Source: Chlorobiaceae bacterium (GTDB lineage Bacteria > Bacteroidota > Chlorobiia > Chlorobiales > Chlorobiaceae). Taken from it: a stretch of 64,000 bases of DNA. Below the pieces are notes generated by a model. It made no database searches. It saw nothing but the letters and a program-made list of their open reading frames with translations, and was not told the origin of the DNA. The stretch lies in contig JAAXWL010000001.1 in NCBI GenBank assembly GCA_013334975.1, positions 11,921-75,920 of the forward strand. Reading direction: 5' to 3'. The translations under genes and the position numbers were made by a program. This document shows, piece by piece, positions 50,733 through 59,451 of the stretch; the first letter of the stretch is position 1; each line of letters starts with the position of its first letter.

Positions 50733-51380
50733 ATGGGCATGCAATTTGAGCAGATCAGGACAGGAGGGGATCGCAACTTTGCGTATCTTTGCGCCGATGA
50801 AGCGACCGGAGCGGCTTTTGCCGTCGATCCCTCCTTTTCACCCGCAGTGGTTGCCGATGTGGCAGACAAGCATGGTTGGAGGCTTGTTTACGCCTTTTGC
50901 ACCCATGGCCACAGCGACCATTGCAACGGGAACCAGGAGTTCGAGCGCCTGACCGGTGTTCCTGTGCTCCTGTTTGGTGATCGTTGTCCGCATTCGGGTA
51001 TCGAGGTCGCGCACGGAGCGCTCTTTCCGCTTGGCTCGGGGGTTATCACCCTGCTGCATACGCCAGGTCATACGGCGGACTCGATCTGCATTCTTGCTGG
51101 TGACCATCTTTTTACGGGTGATACGCTTTTTGTGGGTAAGGTCGGTGGCACCTGGAGTGACGAGGATGCCCGGCAGGAGTATTGCTCGCTGCACGAAAGG
51201 GTGATGAGTCTGCCTGAACAGACCGTGGTCTTTCCTGGCCATGACTATGGCGCCGCTCCCACGTCGACTGTCGGACGTGAAAAAAAGACGAATCCGTTCC
51301 TGCTCCAGCGTGATGTCGAGCGGTTCATCGATCTGAAGCTGAACTGGGCGGCTTATAAAAAAGCGCACGGCATAAGCTGA
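50733..51380 (+). CDS. Metallo-beta-lactamase-fold protein, glyoxalase II/persulfide dioxygenase-like
   Basis: THGHSDH, HTPGHT, FTGD, FPGHDY, STVGREKKTNPFL; RBS AGGAG at 50721. Confidence 0.85.
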   Translation: MGMQFEQIRTGGDRNFAYLCADEATGAAFAVDPSFSPAVVADVADKHGWRLVYAFCTHGHSDHCNGNQEFERLTGVPVLLFGDRCPHSGIEVAHGALFPLGSGVITLLHTPGHTADSICILAGDHLFTGDTLFVGKVGGTWSDEDARQEYCSLHERVMSLPEQTVVFPGHDYGAAPTSTVGREKKTNPFLLQRDVERFIDLKLNWAAYKKAHGIS

Positions 51381-51567
51381 TTTTTTCTCCGTTCGCTTGA
51401 TTTTTGATTCAGCTTTGCTTTTCTTATGAGATTATGCTTTTCAGGCTACATGGCCCAGGGGCATACCTTCCTTTCAGTTCAAACAGTCCGACATAGCTTC
51501 TACGCTATTAGTTTTCAAGCAATAGTAAAGGGACACTCTGTCCTTTTTTAAACGAGAGAACATTGAC

Positions 51568-52014
51568 ATGGATCAGCTTATTACCTTAAGGACCCTGCCG
51601 GTTTCAGCCCTGATGCAGAAGGATTTCCATACCATCAAGGGCAGTTCGACCGTTGCCGAAGCGCTGCAGCTCATGAAAAAGACAGGAGAGAGCGGCATCG
51701 TGGTCGAACCTCGCAATGAGGATGACTGTTACGGCATCGTGACCGAAAAGGACATTCTTGAAAAAGTGATCGACCCTGGAGAAGATCTGCACCGTGATCC
51801 ATGGAACACGCCGGTTTTCCAGATCATGAGCAAACCGATCATCAGCGTCAATCCGAGTATGCGGATCAAGTATGCCCTGCGCCTCATGAAACGCACCAAC
51901 ATCAGGAGGCTCACCATCATGGACAACAACAAGGTTATTGGTATCCTCAATATGTCGGATGTCCTTCATGCCGTCGAGGAACTTCCGGTGCATGACGATC
52001 ATATCGCGCTGTAA
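51568..52014 (+). CDS. Tandem CBS-domain protein
   Basis: Two CBS repeats (GIVTEKDIL; IMSKP..; GILNMSDVL). Confidence 0.9.
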   Translation: MDQLITLRTLPVSALMQKDFHTIKGSSTVAEALQLMKKTGESGIVVEPRNEDDCYGIVTEKDILEKVIDPGEDLHRDPWNTPVFQIMSKPIISVNPSMRIKYALRLMKRTNIRRLTIMDNNKVIGILNMSDVLHAVEELPVHDDHIAL

Positions 52015-52152
52015 TCCAGTCTGTCGTTGACCGGCTTTTGGCCTGGTCGGTATCTATTCATGAATGCACGGGTTTCGCCACGTTGAATGCGAGCCCTTTT
52101 TCCAACCAGCATGCCTGCAATGTTGCAGGTATGCACGGATTTCCGATTGTCT

Positions 52153-53856
52153 ATGAAACCATTTGATATCGTCATCGTCGGTGGCGGCGGTGCTGGCCTT
52201 TATGCGGCCATGGAGGCCATGAAGACCAATCCTGGTCTGAATGTAGCCGTGATTTCGAAGATCTATCCGAACCGTTCCCACACTTCGGCTGCCCAGGGCG
52301 GCGCCAATGCCGCCCTGGCCAACAAGGCCAAGGATGACACGGTCGAGATGCATATTTTCGATACGATCAAGGGCAGCGATTACCTTGCCGACCAGGATGC
52401 CGTCGAGGTGCTTTGTTCTGAGGCTCCCAAAATCATTCGTGAACTCGATAACATGGGGACTCCATGGTCGAGGCTGGACGACAAAACCATCGCCCAGCGT
52501 CCTTTCGGCGGCGCCGGTCGCCCTCGCTGTTGTTATTGTGCTGACAAAACAGGCCATACCATTCTGCAGACACTCTACGAGCAGTGTCTGCGCAAGGGAG
52601 TGTTCTTCTTCAACGAATATTTCGCGATTGATCTCAGCGTTGAGGGGAGCCGTTCCCGTGGTCTCATCGCCATGAACATCAAGACCGGCAAGATCGAGGC
52701 ATTCCCTGCAAAGACGGTTATCTTCGCTACCGGAGGATATTCCAAAATGTACTGGAACCGCTCCAGCAATGCAGCCGGGAATACGGGAGACGGGCAGGCT
52801 ATCGCTTATCGTGCCGGTATTCCTCTCAAAGATATGGAGTTCGTGCAGTTTCACCCGACGGGTCTGCGCAAGAGCGGCCTGCTGGTGACCGAGGGTGCGC
52901 GAGGCGAGGGCGGTTACCTGGTCAATGCTCTCGGTGAGCGTTTTATGGCGCGGTACGCTCCGGAAAAGATGGAACTCGGCCCGCGTGACCTGGTTTCCCG
53001 ATCGCTTGAGACAGAAATTCTCGAAGGGCGTGGTTTGGATAGTCCTGCCGGTAAGTATCTGCTTCTCGATCTCAGGCATCTGGGCGCCGATATCATCAAG
53101 TCGCGTCTACCTCAGATCAGGGAGATGTGTATGTATTTCGAGGGTGTCGACCCGATCGACGAGCCGGTGCCGGTCAGACCAACGGCCCATTACTCGATGG
53201 GAGGGATAGATACGGACAATTACGGGCGCACCATTATGGAAGGTGTCTATGCGGCCGGGGAGTGCGGCTGTGTTTCGGTCCATGGCGCCAACCGCCTGGG
53301 TGGTAATTCACTCCTCGATATTCTTGTTTTCGGTCGGATTGCCGGAAGAGCTGCTGCCGAAGAGTCAGGGAAATTCAATCCGTCAGCCATTCCGGAATCC
53401 GAGGTCACCCGTATCGAGCATGATCTCAGAGGTTTCATGCAGCCGAAGGGACATTACGAACGTTACGGTGCTCTCCGCGAAGAGCTGGGACAGACGCTCG
53501 GACTGAATGTTGGTATTTTCAGGGAAGCCTCGAAAATCAGGAAGGGGATCGAAGATATCGAATCGCTCACGGAGCGATTCAGCCACGTCAGGGTTTTTGA
53601 TACGGGTGATATATACAACACCAATCTGCTCCAGGCGCTCGAACTGAAAAACATGCTCGATCTTGCCGCAACCGTGGCGGCTGGTGCGCTGGCCAGGGAG
53701 GAGAGCCGCGGATCGCATACCAGAAACGATTTTCCAGTGCGTGACGACAAAAAGTGGCACAAACACACGATTTACACCTATGAGGAAGGGCATCCAAGGA
53801 TCGGATTCAAACCGGTTACCATGGGCCGGTATGAGCTTCAGGAACGAACTTATTAA
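52153..53856 (+). CDS. sdhA: Succinate dehydrogenase/fumarate reductase flavoprotein
   Basis: GGGGAG, RSHTSAAQGG, QFHPT, TEGARGEG, HYSMGG, HGANRLG, ESRGSH. Confidence 0.95.
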   Translation: MKPFDIVIVGGGGAGLYAAMEAMKTNPGLNVAVISKIYPNRSHTSAAQGGANAALANKAKDDTVEMHIFDTIKGSDYLADQDAVEVLCSEAPKIIRELDNMGTPWSRLDDKTIAQRPFGGAGRPRCCYCADKTGHTILQTLYEQCLRKGVFFFNEYFAIDLSVEGSRSRGLIAMNIKTGKIEAFPAKTVIFATGGYSKMYWNRSSNAAGNTGDGQAIAYRAGIPLKDMEFVQFHPTGLRKSGLLVTEGARGEGGYLVNALGERFMARYAPEKMELGPRDLVSRSLETEILEGRGLDSPAGKYLLLDLRHLGADIIKSRLPQIREMCMYFEGVDPIDEPVPVRPTAHYSMGGIDTDNYGRTIMEGVYAAGECGCVSVHGANRLGGNSLLDILVFGRIAGRAAAEESGKFNPSAIPESEVTRIEHDLRGFMQPKGHYERYGALREELGQTLGLNVGIFREASKIRKGIEDIESLTERFSHVRVFDTGDIYNTNLLQALELKNMLDLAATVAAGALAREESRGSHTRNDFPVRDDKKWHKHTIYTYEEGHPRIGFKPVTMGRYELQERTY

Positions 53857-53869
53857 CCGATGATATTTC

Positions 53870-54907
53870 ATGAGCGATACAACGATACAACATCATGTGG
53901 AGAGCCGGGATGTGACCTTCAGGGTTCACCGGTTTAACCCTCAGGTTGACAGCAAGCCCTATTTTGATGATTACACGATCAAGCTCGAAAAGGGTATTAC
54001 CGTGCTCAGGGCTCTCAACTATATCAAGGAGCATGTCGATTCTACGGTAACCTTCCGCGCGTTCTGCCAGGCAGGTATCTGCGGCTCCTGCGCCATGAGG
54101 ATCAATGGCATCTCCAAGCTGGCCTGTACCACCCAGGTCTGGGACGAACTCGATCGGTCGAGGGAGACGGGGATCATCAGGATTGAACCGCTCAGGAATC
54201 TTCCTCTCATTAAGGATCTGGTGGTTGAGATGGATCCTCTGGTCGGCAAAATGAAGAAGCATTCGAACTGGGTTGATTCCAGAATGCCCGAGGATGAGTG
54301 GGGCAAGAAGGAGTTTCTCATTTCCGAGAAGGAGTTTCTGACCTATGATAAAGCTACCGACTGCATTCTCTGCGCATCATGCGTTTCGGAGTGCACCATA
54401 CTCCGGGCTCACCAGGAGTATGTTTCTCCGGCAGTTCTGCTCAAATCATACCGGATGAACGTCGATAGCCGCGATGGCATTCATGACCAGCGTCTTGCTG
54501 GTCTGGTCAAAGACCACGGTGTCTGGGACTGCACCCATTGCTACCGTTGCCAGGAGACATGCGTCAAACATATCCCGATTATGGATGCCATCCACGGCAT
54601 CAGGGAGGATGCTATCGAACGTCGGGGAACCAAGGATACCAGCGGCGCCCGGCATGCCGAAGCCTTTATGGATGATATCGCAAAGAAGGGCAAACTTGTT
54701 GAGGCCACCTTGCCGATCAGGACCAATGGTATTGCATGGACTGTGAAGAATCTGCTTCCCATGGCCTTCAAAATGGTACTGAAACGTCGTACACCCCCTC
54801 CGCCTCCCCTGGTAAAGGCGTCGAAAGGCATCGATGCCCTCCGTAAAGAGTTCAGGGAGATGACCGGCCATGTTACGAAGGATCATCAAAAAAAATCCGG
54901 AGAATAG
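53870..54907 (+). CDS. sdhB: Succinate dehydrogenase/fumarate reductase Fe-S subunit (type E)
   Basis: CQAGICGSC..C, CILCASCVSEC, CTHCYRCQETC; C-terminal extension. Confidence 0.93.
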   Translation: MSDTTIQHHVESRDVTFRVHRFNPQVDSKPYFDDYTIKLEKGITVLRALNYIKEHVDSTVTFRAFCQAGICGSCAMRINGISKLACTTQVWDELDRSRETGIIRIEPLRNLPLIKDLVVEMDPLVGKMKKHSNWVDSRMPEDEWGKKEFLISEKEFLTYDKATDCILCASCVSECTILRAHQEYVSPAVLLKSYRMNVDSRDGIHDQRLAGLVKDHGVWDCTHCYRCQETCVKHIPIMDAIHGIREDAIERRGTKDTSGARHAEAFMDDIAKKGKLVEATLPIRTNGIAWTVKNLLPMAFKMVLKRRTPPPPPLVKASKGIDALRKEFREMTGHVTKDHQKKSGE

Positions 54908-54911
54908 CAGT

Positions 54912-55763
54912 ATGAAGCGTTACGCTTATTACCAGAGCTGTATCAATGAATCGATGACCAAAGAGGTCGATCGATCGATTGACCTCTGGCAGAAAGACCT
55001 CGGTATCGAGATGGTGAAGATGCACGAGAGCGCCTGTTGCGGCGGAAGCAATCTCGACTTTGTGAGTCCCAAACATTTTGCGCTGGTCAATGCAAGGAAT
55101 ATCGCTCTTGCCGAAAAGCAGGGGCTTGATCTGGTCGTCTCCTGCAATACTTGTCTGATGACCATCAGGACGGCAAAGAAAAAGCTCGACGAATCGGTCG
55201 AACTGAAAAGAGAGGTCAACGAGATTCTCGGCAAAGAGGGGCTCGAATATCGCGGTACCTCACAGGTGCGACACCTGCTCTGGGTGCTGATCGACGATGT
55301 CGGTCTCGACACGATCCGCAAGAAGGTGAAAACTCCCCTTTCCAAACTTCGCATCGCACCGTTTTATGGGTGTCATATCCTTCGTCCCTCAAGCGTTCTC
55401 GGCAAGGATGATCCCCTTGAGCCGACCTCACTCGATCTTCTGCTTGACGCGCTTGGTGGCAAGTCGATTCCTTATGAGCACAAAAATCGGTGCTGCGGTT
55501 TTCATACGCTGCTGGTGGCCGAAGAGGAGTCCCTGAACGTGGCTGCCGAAGCCCTGCGGGAGGCTATGGAGGCGAAAGCCGACTGCATCGTCACTCCCTG
55601 TCCGCTTTGCCATACCGTGCTGGACGGATATCAGGCCAAAGCGCTCCGGCAGTCGGGTCTTCGAGGCTCGATTCCCGTGTTTCACCTTTCGGAGGTGGTC
55701 GGTCTGGCACTTGGATATTCTGAGCGTCAGCTGGGCATTCGTCGTCATATTGTGACCGTCTGA
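54912..55763 (+). CDS. CCG-domain (HdrB-like) anchor subunit of type-E SQOR
   Basis: ACCGG, SCNTC, FYGCH, RCCGF, TPCPLC; no TM helices. Confidence 0.88.
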   Translation: MKRYAYYQSCINESMTKEVDRSIDLWQKDLGIEMVKMHESACCGGSNLDFVSPKHFALVNARNIALAEKQGLDLVVSCNTCLMTIRTAKKKLDESVELKREVNEILGKEGLEYRGTSQVRHLLWVLIDDVGLDTIRKKVKTPLSKLRIAPFYGCHILRPSSVLGKDDPLEPTSLDLLLDALGGKSIPYEHKNRCCGFHTLLVAEEESLNVAAEALREAMEAKADCIVTPCPLCHTVLDGYQAKALRQSGLRGSIPVFHLSEVVGLALGYSERQLGIRRHIVTV

Positions 55764-55777
55764 TCAGCCGGATGCCA

Positions 55778-55879
55778 ACCGGGTGGTGCAGGAATCGGAC
55801 AGGTTTTCAAAAACGACTGAAAAAGTGTACTTTTGCACTTTCGTTCTCAGTGTCCTCAAGGTTTCCTGCACCTCCCGGT
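55778..55879. repeat. 17-bp imperfect inverted repeat enclosing nested stems, upstream of hemE
   Basis: ACCGGGTGGTGCAGGAA (55778-94) vs TTCCTGCACCTCCCGGT (55863-79), 16/17 complementary. Confidence 0.7.
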
Positions 55880-55923
55880 CAGAGGGGCAGCACTTTTTAC
55901 AACATTAATAACCATCGCACTCC

Positions 55924-56979
55924 ATGCTCAAAAATGATCTTTTTCTCAGGGCGTTGAAAAGACAGTCGTGCCCCCGTACACCAATCTGGGTAATGCGCCA
56001 GGCAGGTCGTTACCTGCCGGAATATCGCGCAGTCAGGGAGAAAACCGATTTTCTGACCCTGTGCAAAACGCCTGAACTGGCTTGTGAAGTCACGATTCAG
56101 CCGGTCGATCTGATGGGTGTGGATGCCGCCATCATCTTCTCCGACATTCTCGTGGTCAACGAAGCCATGGGCATGAATGTCGAGATTATCGAGACCAAGG
56201 GGATCAAGCTGACCCCTCCGATTCGCTCCCAGGGTGACATCGACAAGCTGATCGATCCCGATGTTGACGAGAAGCTTGGCTATGTGCTCGATGCCATCCG
56301 CCTTACCAAAAAGGAGCTTGACAACCGCGTGCCGCTTATCGGCTTCTCCGGTGCGGCATGGACGCTCTTTACCTATGCCGTAGAAGGCGGCGGCTCGAAA
56401 AACTATGCCTTCGCCAAGAAGATGATGTATCGTGAACCGAAGATGGCTCACCAGCTGCTCCAGAAGATCACCAACTGCATCAGCGCCTACCTGCTCAAAC
56501 AGGTCGAGGCTGGTGCCGATGCTATCCAGATATTCGATTCCTGGGCAAGCGCGCTCTCTGAGGATGACTATCGCGAATTTGCCCTGCCATACATCAAGCA
56601 GAATGTTGCTGCTGTCAAGGCAAAATATCCTGAAATTCCTGTTATTGTGTTTGCCAAGGACATGAATACGATTTTGTCCGATATCGCCGACGCAGGCTCT
56701 GACGCCGTTGGTCTCGGCTGGAACATCGACATTGCCAAGGCACGCAGGGAGCTCAACGATCGCGTCTGCCTCCAGGGCAACATGGATCCGACGGTGCTGT
56801 ACGGTACACCGGAAAAGATAAAATCCGAAGCAGCCAAGATTCTCAGGCAGTTTGGTCAGCACACCGACTGCTCCGGTCATGTTTTCAATCTTGGTCACGG
56901 CATTCTGCCTGACGTCGATCCGGCCAACCTGAAGTGCCTCGTCGAGTTCGTCAAGGAGGAGAGCGCAAAGTATCACTGA
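55924..56979 (+). CDS. hemE: Uroporphyrinogen decarboxylase
   Basis: PIWVMRQAGRYLPEY, AAIIFSDIL, QIFDSW, LQGNMDP, VFNLGHGI. Confidence 0.98.
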   Translation: MLKNDLFLRALKRQSCPRTPIWVMRQAGRYLPEYRAVREKTDFLTLCKTPELACEVTIQPVDLMGVDAAIIFSDILVVNEAMGMNVEIIETKGIKLTPPIRSQGDIDKLIDPDVDEKLGYVLDAIRLTKKELDNRVPLIGFSGAAWTLFTYAVEGGGSKNYAFAKKMMYREPKMAHQLLQKITNCISAYLLKQVEAGADAIQIFDSWASALSEDDYREFALPYIKQNVAAVKAKYPEIPVIVFAKDMNTILSDIADAGSDAVGLGWNIDIAKARRELNDRVCLQGNMDPTVLYGTPEKIKSEAAKILRQFGQHTDCSGHVFNLGHGILPDVDPANLKCLVEFVKEESAKYH

Positions 56980-57005
56980 ACGCTTCTTTGCTGTTGATTT
57001 TTATC

Positions 57006-57044
57006 AGGTCGTCTCGAAACTGTTTTTCGAGACGACCTTTTTTT
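57006..57044 (+). terminator. Intrinsic terminator after hemE
   Basis: 14-bp perfect stem AGGTCGTCTCGAAA/TTTCGAGACGACCT plus T-tract. Confidence 0.88.
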
Positions 57045-57121
57045 GATCCGGCCAATCGGACTGATCCGGCCGATCTTTTTTTTCTATATATTGGATGAAA
57101 TTTTAACAAAGCAGCTACACC

Positions 57122-57748
57122 ATGACTCGGCACTGCAAGTGTTCTGAGGGAAGCCTCGGAGGCACCCGATACGAGGAGATCGTGCTCGACAGGCTTCTTT
57201 ACAGTGCTCGTCTCAAGGAGAGTGTTGCCCGGCAGAACAGTCAGGCTGTGGTAGCTATGGCGCGCATGATCGCCGAGACGTTCGGGGAGGGCGGCAAGCT
57301 GCTTCTCTGCGGTAATGGGGGTAGTGCAGCCGACGCCCAGCACCTGGCAGCAGAATTGACTATACGGTACCGCAGCAGCGTGAATCGTCCGGCACTTCCG
57401 GCTATCGCGCTTTCCACCGATACCTCGGCGCTGACTGCCGGAGGCAATGATCTCGGATTCGATGAAGTGTTTTCCAGGCTGGTCGATGCCCTCGGGTGTA
57501 AGGGTGATCTGCTTTTCGGGCTTTCAACCAGCGGGAACAGCCCGAACGTCCTGAAGGCGATGGAGACAGCCCGGAAACGGGGACTCGGCACACTTGCATT
57601 GCTTGGAGGTGACGGCGGGGCGATTCTCCGGCAAGCCGACCTGTCGATTGTGGTGCCGCATACCGGCGCAGACCGTGTCCAGGAGTGTCATATCGCTCTG
57701 GGACATGTAATTATCGAACTGATCGAAAAAATGATGGGTTATGATTAG
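57122..57748 (+). CDS. gmhA: D-sedoheptulose-7-phosphate isomerase
   Basis: [32 protein letters not shown]. Confidence 0.93.
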   Translation: MTRHCKCSEGSLGGTRYEEIVLDRLLYSARLKESVARQNSQAVVAMARMIAETFGEGGKLLLCGNGGSAADAQHLAAELTIRYRSSVNRPALPAIALSTDTSALTAGGNDLGFDEVFSRLVDALGCKGDLLFGLSTSGNSPNVLKAMETARKRGLGTLALLGGDGGAILRQADLSIVVPHTGADRVQECHIALGHVIIELIEKMMGYD

Positions 57749-57846
57749 GGAAATAGGTATTAGGGAATAGGGATTAGGTGTAAGAGAAAACCCAGTCCCC
57801 AGTACCTATTACCCAGTACCCAGTCCCTAACACTCAGCACTTAACA
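57744..57846. repeat. Two opposed arrays of degenerate heptamers
   Basis: ATTAGGG/AATAGGG/ATTAGGT units 57744-57779; CCCAGTC CCCAGTA CCTATTA CCCAGTA CCCAGTC CCTAACA CTCAGCA CTTAACA 57791-57846. Confidence 0.85.
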
Positions 57847-57856
57847 CATTACTCTT

Positions 57857-58336
57857 ATGCAGGTTCAGAATATTGAAGGCTCACTGATTGCCGAGGGCAT
57901 CAGGTTCGGGCTCGTGGTTTCACGGTTTAACGATTTTATCGGTCAGAAGCTTGTCGAGGGAGCGATCGATTGCATCGTTCGGCATGGAGGTTCGGCAGAT
58001 AAAATCACCATTATCAGGTGTCCCGGAGCGTTCGAGTTGCCATCGGTAACCAGAAAAGCCGCCCTTTCAGGCAAATATGATGCGATGATCACACTCGGGG
58101 TGATTATCCGGGGATCAACCCCTCATTTCGACGTCATCGCTGCCGAGGCAACCAAAGGTATCGCCCAGGTAGGCATGGAGACGATGATTCCGGTTTCATT
58201 TGGTGTGCTGACTACCGAGAATCTGGAGCAGGCTATCGAGAGGGCTGGCACCAAGGCCGGCAATAAGGGGTTTGATGCCGCGCTTGCCGCCATCGAGATG
58301 GTCAATCTCTTCAGGAACCTGAGCGCTGAGGGTTAG
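57857..58336 (+). CDS. ribH: 6,7-dimethyl-8-ribityllumazine synthase
   Basis: [40 protein letters not shown]. Confidence 0.98.
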   Translation: MQVQNIEGSLIAEGIRFGLVVSRFNDFIGQKLVEGAIDCIVRHGGSADKITIIRCPGAFELPSVTRKAALSGKYDAMITLGVIIRGSTPHFDVIAAEATKGIAQVGMETMIPVSFGVLTTENLEQAIERAGTKAGNKGFDAALAAIEMVNLFRNLSAEG

Positions 58337-58396
58337 GATTCAGGATTCAAGGAGTTAGTGTTGCGTCAACGGTAAATAGTCGGAATTTCCTTTATC

Positions 58397-58581
58397 ATCG
58401 AAATCGGTATCCAAATCGGTATCGGTATCGATTTCCACCTGAAGAGGCTGAACCACAACTCATCGTGAATTGTGGTTTATTGTTATAACCATTTGATAAT
58501 CATACTGATAGGGCCAGAGTACGGTTTTCTTTTTTCATACAAAGAATCGATTTCGATCCTGATACCGATTTGGATTTGGAT
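58397..58581. repeat. Two inverted six-unit ATCNNN hexamer arrays
   Basis: 58397-58432 forward; 58546-58581 reverse; 113-bp spacer. Confidence 0.85.
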
Positions 58582-58735
58582 AAGTCAATGGTACTTTAAA
58601 ATACGACAGCTTAAGCTTGAAAAGCTATCAGGATTCAGGAGGAGGCCTTTTTTCTTTTTAGTCCCTTATGTTCTTTTCGTCTTTTTGGTACCTTTTCTTC
58701 TCAGTCCCTTTTCTGCACTCGGGGCATCGGGGTAA

Positions 58736-59431
58736 CTATCCCAGATTTCCCTTGATGATCCTGAAGGTTTCGTTCATAAGCTCTTCGACACTACGGTACC
58801 GGCCGGGTTCGATAGGCTTGCTGATGATCAGGCGGATTTTGCCTTTGTTGATTTTCAGGCTTTTTTTCGGGGTAATCAGGTGACTGCCAATGATGGTGAC
58901 CGGAAGCACCGGTACGCCGGCTTTCTGTGCTATGATGAACGCCCCGCGCTTGAACGGCAGAATGGCCCCGGTTTGTGATCGCGTGCCTTCAGGAAAGATA
59001 TGGATCGATGGGCCCTTTTTGAGGGTGGTGACGGCTTGTAACATACTTTGAAGGGCTTCTCTGCTTTGTCCGCGCTTGATCAGAACATAGCCCCCTGTTT
59101 TCAGCGCCCAGCCGAAGACAGGAATTTTTCCGAGTTCTTCTTTGGCAACAAAACGGAGATTGAGCTTTATCGTTCCGAGAATCAGCGGAATGTCGGCCAT
59201 GCCGGCATGATTGCTGACGACCAGATAGGTCAGGTCACGCCGGTAGTTCTCTTCCCCCTCAATCTCGATCGTTATTCCGAGCAGCTTCGCCGAGAAACGG
59301 CCCCACCATGCGGCAACATTGTGAAACCCGTCCCCGCCCGGCTCGAAGAGGTTCAGGATGAGTGACCAGACCAACCCGAAAAACATGACCGGGATAATGA
59401 CCAGGAAAAAAAGAATCGTCTGAAGATTCAT
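58736..59431 (-). CDS. plsC: 1-acyl-sn-glycerol-3-phosphate acyltransferase
   Basis: NHAGMAD, FVAKEEL, FPEGTRS, FKRGAF. Confidence 0.88.
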   Translation of the reverse strand: MNLQTILFFLVIIPVMFFGLVWSLILNLFEPGGDGFHNVAAWWGRFSAKLLGITIEIEGEENYRRDLTYLVVSNHAGMADIPLILGTIKLNLRFVAKEELGKIPVFGWALKTGGYVLIKRGQSREALQSMLQAVTTLKKGPSIHIFPEGTRSQTGAILPFKRGAFIIAQKAGVPVLPVTIIGSHLITPKKSLKINKGKIRLIISKPIEPGRYRSVEELMNETFRIIKGNLG

Positions 59432-59451
59432 GGGCGTTGCGCTATGGTTGC

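Noticed and set aside
58472-58735. 87-aa hydrophobic ORF downstream of ribH
   Set aside because: GTG start without RBS; arises from repeats and a pyrimidine-rich tract.
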